Below, one piece after another: positions 56,260-64,000 of a stretch of 64,000 bases of DNA. The position numbers were made by a program, and so were the translations under genes. The stretch covers positions 1 to 64,000 of the forward strand of contig NIVC01003539.1 in the NCBI GenBank assembly GCA_002269645.1. Direction: 5' to 3'. Every line of letters starts with the position of its first letter. Position 1 is the first letter of the stretch. A model generated the notes under the pieces. The model was given only the letters and a program-made list of their open reading frames with translations. It made no database searches and had not been told where the DNA came from. The DNA is from Macrostomum lignano. Lineage: Eukaryota.

Positions 56260-57177
56260 CACGCAGGGCAAACTCACCTGAAAGGTGACCCGCTGCAGCC
56301 GGATGACAATAAGCTGCACCAGCCGCACCATGGTGAGCCGGTGCTGCGGCTTGGCCAGCAACTCGGCCAGCCGGCCGGCGGGAATTCGCAGCACGCGGCA
56401 CTCGGACGAAGCCACAACGGCGCGCAAAGATTTGAGCTTAGGCGAAGAACCAGTGAGAACTTCTAAGAAGCTGAGCAGAGAACAGATTGAGTGATGCTCG
56501 CCAAACTCGTGAAACTGCTGCTGTTGCTGCTGCTCCAGCAGGAGGAGTCGAACCCGGCCCCGCTGCACAATGTACAGATCCCCGTCGGCGTCGCCCAAAT
56601 CAAAGAGAGTCTCGCCGTGGCGCAGCTGCACAATCTCCAGGCATTTGCACATCTCCAATAGAAACGATTTCTCCAATCCGTCGAATATCCTGAGCGACCG
56701 CACGGCCAGGTAAAACTCGTTCAGCATTGGCGGCGGCCAGGCGGAGTCGTCGTCGGCATCCGTTGGCTCCAGGAAATAGTCCGGTATGCCGTCCATCAGC
56801 GATTGCCGCTGCCTCAGCTGCTGCTGCTGCTGCTGCTGCTGGTACCGCTGGCCGGGCCTGAGCAGCTGCATCAACTCAGCGCCCTGCGGCAGGCGCGGCA
56901 TTGTGGGCAAGTTTGGCGCCGCCTGCCGCATCACGCGGCGCAGCCAGTAGCTCAGACGGTCGCGCTTGCGAAACGCCGACCTGGACGGCTGCTGCGTCAG
57001 CGACGGATTGCGAAGCCTCGACCGGCCAGCCAGCTGCGGCCGGCCAGAAGCCGGTGCCCCTCGCTGCGCCAGCGGCCGACCGGTCGACCAGTAGCGCCGA
57101 TAAAAGTACAGCAGCAGCAGGGCGCCGGACAGGGTCAGCAGAGCGGTGAGCACCAGGGCGTCCTGGCCCTGCCCCAG
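46405..57177 (-). CDS. PNPLA6: Neuropathy target esterase / swiss cheese (PNPLA6/7): N-terminal TM, three cNMP-binding domains and a patatin domain
   Basis: Exons 57177-56278, 55684-54976, 54577-54366, 53858-53574, 52657-52274, 51662-51287, 50258-50099, 49542-48832, 47913-47677, 47096-46405. Motifs [27 protein letters not shown] (GxSxG), [18 protein letters not shown]. Needs +1 nt near 49388 and near 46860. No in-frame ATG at the 5' end. Confidence 0.92.
47190..47500 (+). mobile_element. Dispersed interspersed repeat, copy B (NTE intron 9)
   Basis: Shares ctcgtgtct, ctgagttgcgtcta, gaatcgcatttca, gtagaaagtt and gatgccctagtgactcaaca...cgcctctcagtcgcattgcagtcg with copy C. Confidence 0.65.
47990..48750. 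repeat. 30-bp minisatellite (gtaagctaattgagctccagtgtcacacag)n, NTE intron 8
   Basis: Directly visible. Confidence 0.93.
49600..49975. repeat. ~36-bp G-rich repeat (ggggcagaggctggggtaggggttaatgtacatttg)n, NTE intron 7
   Basis: Directly visible. Confidence 0.9.
50347..51160 (+). mobile_element. Penelope-like retroelement (PLE) remnant: decayed GIY-YIG endonuclease, RT-thumb/linker-like peptide and hammerhead-bearing 3' region, in NTE intron 6 (antisense to host)
   Basis: Frame from 50345 reads [25 protein letters not shown]...[32 protein letters not shown]; after a frameshift, [18 protein letters not shown]. This follows the PLE GIY-YIG pattern NVVY-x-I-x-C-x2-C...YVGE...R...H...HF...H...E...GLN. 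One TAA stop (50462) and one frameshift. Confidence 0.85.
51050..51090 (+). ncRNA. Minimal hammerhead ribozyme core (PLE-associated, type I-like)
   Basis: CTGACGA (51057-51063), A, then a perfect 6-bp stem II GACCCG-gtt-CGGGTC (51065-51079), then GAAA (51080-51083). Stems I/III and the NUH site could not be established by eye. Confidence 0.65.
51712..52265. repeat. 46-bp minisatellite (cctcactcattcagcagcctctcaaccagcttggcttccatagcta)n, NTE intron 5
   Basis: About 12 units filling the intron. Confidence 0.93.
52780..53090 (+). mobile_element. Dispersed interspersed repeat, copy C (NTE intron 4)
   Basis: Near-collinear with copy B; ends in GTTTTCAACGGG, resembling the reverse complement of the copy A start (ccagttaaaaac). 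Confidence 0.65.
55727..56262. repeat. (CAGA)n microsatellite, NTE intron 1
   Basis: Directly visible. Confidence 0.95.
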
Positions 57178-57299
57178 CTGGGGAATCAGCCGGATTGGGA
57201 ACGGCTGCAGTTGTTGGGGCGGGGCTGCGGAGTCTGCGTGGATTCAGTTTGCCTAGCAACTAAATCTAATCTTAATTAGACAACCTTATCTTAACTTGA

Positions 57300-58400
57300 T
57301 AGAGTAAGTGGAACACAAATCTCACCCCCATAGAGTAAGCGGAGCTGAAATCTAAGCCTCATAGAGTAAGCGCAACTGAAATCTAAACATCATAGAGTAA
57401 GCGGAACTGAAATCTCACCCCATAAGAGTAAGCGGAACTGAAATCTCACCCCTATAGAGTAAGCGGAACTGAAATCTCACCCCTATAGAGTAAGCGGAAC
57501 TGAAATCTCACCCCATAAGAGTAAGCGGAACTGAAATCTCACCCCTATAGAGCAAGTGGAACTGAAATCTCACCCCCATAGAGTAAGCGGAACTGAAATC
57601 TCACCCCTATAGAGTAAGCGGAACTGAAATCTAAACCTCATAGAGTAAGCGGAACTGAAATCTAAACCTCATAGAGTAAGCGGAACTGAAATCTAAACAT
57701 CATAGAGTAAGCGGAACTGAAATCTCACCTCATAAGAGTAAGCGGAACTGAAATCTCACCCCTATAGAGTAAGCGGAACTGAAATCTCACCCCCATAGAG
57801 TAAGCGGAACTGAAATCTAAACCTCATAGAGTAAGCGGAACTGAAATCTCACTCCCATAGAGTAAGCGGAACTGAAATCTCAACTCGATAGAGGAAGCGG
57901 GACTGAAATCTCAACCCGATAGAGTCAGCGAAAATGAAATCTTACCTCATAGAGTAAGCGGAACTGAAATCTCAACTCGATAGAGTAAGCGGAACTGAAA
58001 TCTCAACTCGATAGAGAAGCGGGACTGAAATCTCAACTCGATAGAGTAAGCGGGACTGAAATCTCAACTCGATAGAGTAAGCGGGACTGAAATCTCAACT
58101 CGATAGAGTAAGCGGGACTGAAACCTCAACCCCATAGAGTAAGCGGAACTGAAATCTCAACTCGATAGAGTAAGCGGAACTGAAATCTCAACTCGATAGA
58201 GTAAGCGGGACTGAAATCTCAACTCGATAGAGTAAGCGGGACTGAAATCTCAACTCGATAGAGTAAGCGGGACTGAAATCTCAACTCGATAGAGTAAGCG
58301 GGACTGAAACCTCAACTCGATAGAGTAAGCGGGACTGAAATCTCAACTCGATAGAGTAAGCGGGACTGAAACCTCAACCCCATAGAGTAAGCGGAACTCA
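57300..58400. repeat. ~31-bp minisatellite (catagagtaagcggaactgaaatctcacccc)n upstream of NTE
   Basis: Directly visible. Confidence 0.95.
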
Positions 58401-58784
58401 ACAATTTAGTACACAGGAACTACAGCAGTTAATAAAGATTTATTTAGTTAAAAAAAACAAAATTTTGAAACACAGCTAAAAATTTTCTGACAATTTCAAT
58501 AGGTAGTGGAAAAGCTTTGAAAAAAGTTGAGTAAAATATATATAAGAAGCTAAATGAACCACATTATGGAATGTATAACACACACACACACACGCACACA
58601 CACACACACACACACACATACACACATACACACGATATTACGAGTACAATACAATAGGAAGCACATACGCGATATAAGAATTAGGTTAGTTGATTGAGAT
58701 TATAACATTTTACTCGCCATTTAAGCTTATGGTTGTCTACTCGCATCTCAATTGATCCAGTAAGCAATGACAACTGCTTACGGG

Positions 58785-59005
58785 GAAAAGTCTATTTGAG
58801 GCGTTTTATTGTCTGCGACTCTGCAATGCCTCTGGGACGCTTCTTTAATGCCTCTGGGGCGCTTCTATAATGACTCTGGGGCGCTTCTATAATGCCTCTG
58901 GGGCGCTTCTATAATGACTCTGGGGCGCTTCTATAATGCCTCTGGGGCCGTAGAGTCCTAGCTTCCTAGCTGAAGCCTGCCAGAGTCGCTGTAGAATCAC
59001 TGAGA
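58785..59005 (+). mobile_element. Dispersed interspersed repeat, copy D (partial, with an internal 22-bp tandem expansion)
   Basis: gaggcgttttattgtctgcgactctg and gagtcgctgtagaatcactgagatgcgtcta match copies A-C; internal (ctctggggcgcttctataatg)n. Confidence 0.55.
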
Positions 59006-59529
59006 TGCGTCTAAAGGGAACTTTTTGAAGCACTTTATGAAGATGATCGATGAAAAAGCAGTTTAGTTGTGGATGCCCATGTTCGGTACCATGCTGCAGG
59101 ATCTACAAGTAACCACTGGACTAGCGAAAGCAGTTGCCATTGAGTGCTGTGTTTTGCCGCAGTGCATCAAGTGAGATGAACCTGCATAAGCTTAAACGGG
59201 ACGCAAAAGGCTAAATTATTATTTTGTGAAAGACAGGCCCAGCAAAGCAAAGGAAAATTCACTGGGAATCCAAGTCTCTGAAGAGAACGCCATTTTTGAT
59301 TGGCGAAAACAACGTGAACTGCGTGAGAAAACTGTAAATAAAAATGACAAGATGCTATGGTAAGAACTGACATAGGCAGAGCTGGAAACCGAAGTCAGGA
59401 CACTACGCATTAATACAATGGAGATGGAAAATTTGAATGATTGAGATTTTTTGGATAGAAAGTGCAAAAGGTTAAGAATAGACAATGTTGGGAAGCTAAA
59501 AATTGGGATTCATGAATAGGGAAGACGGT

Positions 59530-59955
59530 AGGATCTGTGGGTGGGGAACAGCAGAATGGGATCTGTGAGTGGGGAATAGAATGGGATCTGTGAGTGGGGA
59601 ACAGAATGGGATCTGTGAGTGGGGAACAGAATGGGATCTGTGAGTGGGGAACAGAATGGGATTTGAGTGGGGAACAGAATGGGATCAGTGACTGGGGAAC
59701 AGAGTGGGATCTGTGAGTGGGGAATAGAATGAGATCTGTGAGTGGGGAACAGAATGGGATCTGTGAGTGGGGAACAGAATGGGATCTGTGAGTGGGGAAC
59801 AGAATGGGATCTGTGAGTAGGGAACAGAATGGGATCTGAGTGGGGAACAGAATGGGATCAGTGAGTGGGGAACACAATGGGATCTGTGAGTGGGGAACAC
59901 AATGGGATCTGAGTGATCTGAGAATGGGATCTGAGTGGGGAACAGAATGGGATCT
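59530..59955. repeat. 25-bp minisatellite (agaatgggatctgtgagtggggaac)n
   Basis: Directly visible, downstream of the USP stop. Confidence 0.92.
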
Positions 59956-60040
59956 TAATGTAAGAATAATGGGGTGTGTATAGAATTAGCTAGCGGAGGA
60001 CATTGTCACCAACAAAAGCAGCTCATGCAGTCACACCCAG

Positions 60041-63000
60041 TTACTCCCCAGCAACCAAGGCGGCGGCAGGCCTCCGACCGTAGACCAGCACGCACGGTAC
60101 AGCGAAGGCGGCCTCGTCAAAGACCCGACTATCAGCCGACAGGCAGTCGACTCTGCCGTCTTCCAAACGGTGCCATCGACAGGCGCCGGCGTCGCCATGG
60201 CGACTGCGAACGTAAACAACGTATTGCTGCTGAAAGCATCGATAGCGCCAGGCAACGGCCAGCAGATCGTAGCAGTCAGAAGCAGAAGCAGCAGAACCTT
60301 CTTCTCCGCTGATTAACGGCGAAAATCCTCGAATTGGGAAGTCCAAAACGGCTGCCCGATGGTGGCGGCAGTCTGCAAGGCGAATCAGCAGGACTGGCGG
60401 CAGCGGAGGCCGCAGCCGCTGGCGTCGGATGGCCCGCTGGCCGAAAGCGCCGCAGGACGGGCACAGCCAGGCCTGGCGCCGGTCCAAGCCGCTGCCCGGC
60501 CGCCACAGCTCGGACAGGCAGTCGGACAGGCGGACGCGGTTGCGGCTACGGACGGGGCCGGACTGGCACCGACTGGCATCCCAGTTGAAGTCTTGGGCGG
60601 ACTGCAGTTGGCGGTTGGAATAGGGGCTGCGCTATTTATTGAGTTGGGAGCTTAAACAGCCCAAATGATAATCCATGAACTATCAATAGTGGAGCTTGGA
60701 CTGGAGTCCCAGATTCCTAACTCACAGACATGGACTATCAATAGTGGAGCTTGGACTGGAGTCCCAGATTCCTAACTCACAGACATGGACTATCAATAGT
60801 GGAGCTTGGACTGGAGTCCCAGATTCCTAACTCACAGACATGGACTATCAATAGTGGAGCTTGGACTGGAGTCCCAGATTCCTAACTCACAGACATGGAC
60901 TATCAATAGTGGAGCTTGGACTGGAGTCCCAGATTCCTAACTCACAGACATGGACTATCAATAGTGGAGCTTGGACTGGAGTCCCAGATTCCTAACTCAT
61001 GGACTATCAATAGTAGAGCTTGGACTGGAATCCCAGATTACCAATCCATGGACTATCAATAGTAGAGCTTGGATTGGAGCCCCCGATATCTCCGATATCT
61101 TAAATAAGTTAAATCAAGGTAAGGATCCAAAAATGACCCCCATGACAGATGAGTCGACACAAACTCACCCAGGACCGAACCTGAAACCATTCAGGCCTGG
61201 GCGGCGGCGGCGGCGGCGGCACCAGCAGGTCGTCGGCATCTTCGGTGGCAGCCCTCGGCACCGCGGCGAAATACTCTATAGCAGCCGGGCCGCCGCTCGA
61301 TTCCCAGGTGTCGTTGAGATTTGAAAACGTGACAGCCCGACAGTCTGTCTGATAGAAATCGAACTGGCAGTGCTCAAACAGATTAGCTAGCTCAGTTTTC
61401 AAGCTATTTAACCTGTCATTTAGGCTGGACAAGCTCACAGCCAATGGAAAGCTGGCAGGCTTCCTACAGCACTGTACGCTGCTGATGCCATGTACACAAT
61501 AGCGAGAATGTGGTCGCGAGTTCGAATGCAAAACTGGACTGGTTGGACCAGCTCGTAACAGTACATAGAATCCTCCTGGTGCGGTAGGCCTAAAAAGTAC
61601 AGGGATAGAGTTTAAACGTGATTTGATCAATTATGATCCCCGCAACAAAATCGGGGATTCTGATCCCAGCAGCACTATTTGGGATTTTGATCCCAGCAAA
61701 ATTATTAGGAATTTTGATTCCAGCGAAATTATTAAGGGATTTTGATCCCAGAAAAACTGGGGATTTTGATCCCAAACACTATTTACTGGGGATTTTAATT
61801 CCAACAAAACTACTGGGGATTTGAGCCCAACAAAACTACTGGGGATTTTGATCCCAACAAAACTACTGGGGATTTTGATCCCAACAAAACTACTGGGGCT
61901 GGGGATTTTGATTCCAACAAAACTACTGGGGCTGGGGATTTTGATTCCAACAAAACTACTGGGATTTTGATCCCAACAAAACTATTGGGGATTTTGATCC
62001 CGACAAAACTACTGGGGATTTTGATCCCAACAAAACTATTGGGGATTTTGATCCCGACAAAACTACTGGGGATTTTGATCCCAACAAAACTACTGGGGAT
62101 TTTGATCCCAACAAAACTACTGAGGGATTTTGATCCCAACAAAACTACTGAGGGATTTTGATCCCAACAAAACTACTGAGGGATTTTGATCCCAACAAAA
62201 CTACTGGGGATTTTGATCCCAACAAAACTACTGGGGATTTTGATCCCAACAAAACTACTGGGGATTTTGATCCCAACAAAACTACTGAGGGATTTTGATC
62301 CCAACAAAACTACTGGGGATTTTGATCCCAACAAAACTACTGGGGATTTTGATCCCAACAAAACTACTGGGGATTTTGATCCCAACAAAACTACTGGGGA
62401 TTTTGATCCCAACAAAACTACTGGGGATTTTGATCCCAACAAAACTACTGAGGGATTTTGATCCCGACAAAACTACTGGGGATTTTGATCCCAACGAAAC
62501 TACTGGGGATTTTGATCCCAACAAAACTACTGAGGGATTTTGATCCCAACAAAACTACTGAGGGATTTTGATCCCAACAAAACTACTGAGGGATTTTGAT
62601 CCCAACAAAACTACTGGGGATTTTGATCCCAACAAAACTACTGGGGATTTTGATCCCAACAAAACTACTGGGGATTTTGATCCCAGCAACAATTTGAAAA
62701 CAAAATAAAGTCTGCATTACCAGCATCTCACCATAGTCTGTGTACCAATCGTCCGCAGAGAACACCCTAGCCACTTTGCCGTCAGTCAGTTGAGCCAACA
62801 GCAGACAGTCGGAACGAATCTGGATAAGTGTACAAAAATCTCAGTTTTCTATTGGCAGTCAGTATATCAACTAATCTCATAACGCAACAGCTACTGACCT
62901 CAAATTTTGCCCCAATCAGGGCGCACAGATCGCCTGCTTGGCCAGCAGTCGGAGCGTCGATTCGACAGCGCGTCGGCTGATAGCGTCGCCCGGTTGCCAA

Positions 63001-63288
63001 TGGCAACGCCGGCACCAGACAGAAATGAAACGGATGCAGATTGGCAGATGGCAACAGTGAGTCGGTCGGAGAGTTCAGGCTGAGCTGCACAAACGGCTGG
63101 CAAGCATCGGACTGGTGGCCGCACTCACAGCATTCGGTGACGCACTGCAGCTGACCTGTGAACAGATCCGACACCAGTGTGACCGCCGCCGCTTCAGCGT
63201 CTGCCTCTCTGGGCGGCTGTTTCTTGGAAGCCGAGTGTCCGGCGGCCAGCTCCACATGGAGGCCATTCAGCAGGCAAGCCAGGTAATC
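60041..63288 (-). CDS. Ubiquitin-specific protease-fold protein, 3' part; probably catalytically inactive
   Basis: Exons 63288-62899, 62819-62732, 61589-61169, 60601-60041. DYLACLLNGLHVEL (QDAxEFL...LHEEL box), VSDLFTGQLQCVTECCECGH, QPFVQLSL, LSDCL...WLCPSC, LPPVLLIRL, DFP, YDLLAV, WHRLEDGRV, CVLVY. Frameshift near 61463. The Cys-box exon lies beyond the window. Confidence 0.8.
60675..61080. repeat. 55-bp tandem repeat, last USP intron
   Basis: (catggactatcaatagtggagcttggactggagtcccagattcctaactcacaga)n. Confidence 0.93.
61635..62690. repeat. 27-bp minisatellite (ggggattttgatcccaacaaaactact)n, USP intron
   Basis: About 38 units, each with an internal GGGAT/ATCCC dyad. Confidence 0.95.
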
Positions 63289-63469
63289 CTTTTTGGTAGT
63301 AATTACAGTTTGAAACTTTATAAGCTCGAAAGTCTTGTCTGCAACTCTCACTAGAGCAGAGGTTCACATTGTTTTAAATATTTAAACTGTCCGTTATATA
63401 CAGATCAAGGTAGATCTTGTGAAGGGTAGATCCGTGAAGGTTAGATCTTGTAAAGTTTCTATATTGTAA

Positions 63470-64000
63470 AGGTTAGATCCTGAGAAGATCAGATCTTGTG
63501 AAGGTTAGATCCTGTGAAGTAGGATGGATCCTGTAAAGCGTAGATCCTGTGAAGGATAGATCCTGTGAAGGATAGATCCTGTGAAGGATAGATCCTGTGA
63601 AGGATAGATCCTGTGAAGGATAGATCCTGTGAAGGATAGATCCTGTGAAGGATAGATCCTGTGAAGGATAGATCCTGTGAAGTAGGATGGATCCTGTAAA
63701 GCGTAGATCCTGTGAATGATAGATCCTGTGAAGTAGGATGGATCCTGTAAAGCGTAGATCCTGTGAAGGATAGATCCTGTGAATGATAGATCCTGTGAAT
63801 GATAGATCCTGTGAAGGATAGATCCTGTGAATGATAGATCCTGTGAAGGATAGATCCTGTGAAGGATAGATCCTGTGAAGAATAGATCCTGTGAAGCATA
63901 GATCCTGTGAAGGATAGATCCTGTGAAGGATAGATCCTGTGAAGAATAGATCCTGTGAAGAATAGATCCTGTGAAGCATAGATCCTGTGAAGAACTTATG
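63470..64000. repeat. 16-bp minisatellite (tagatcctgtgaagga)n, USP intron, running off the window
   Basis: Directly visible. Confidence 0.93.

Noticed and set aside
61635-62690. CRISPR-like array (27-bp units with an internal dyad)
   Set aside because: Units are head-to-tail with no unique spacers, no cas genes, and a eukaryotic intronic context.

Overview
Eukaryotic (animal) genomic DNA with GC-rich exons and GT-AG introns that are mostly filled by locus-specific minisatellites. The style suggests a free-living flatworm such as Macrostomum (inference, not verified). Eight spliced protein-coding genes were reconstructed by hand: a DDR-type receptor tyrosine kinase (+, 5' part outside the window), mitochondrial L-threonine 3-dehydrogenase (-), a RING/coiled-coil/NHL protein (+), and five consecutive minus-strand genes: a USP-fold protein lacking the catalytic His (5' part outside the window), NTE/PNPLA6 (swiss cheese), PRELID1-like, PGAM5 and an FRK/Src42A-like kinase. 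Most long ORFs in the track are artefacts of tandem repeats. Highlights: (1) a Penelope-like retroelement remnant (GIY-YIG endonuclease plus hammerhead ribozyme core) inside an ATCT/GTCT microsatellite in an NTE intron; (2) the NTE coding region starts at an in-frame splice acceptor with no ATG, which fits initiation from the flatworm spliced-leader AUG and a possible minus-strand operon; (3) a probable pseudo-deubiquitinase; (4) about seven frameshifts, mostly fixed by adding one base to a short G/C run, probably assembly errors; (5) intronic arrays of splice-site mimics; (6) two MITE-like elements and a four-copy dispersed repeat. No rRNA, tRNA or CRISPR array is supported.
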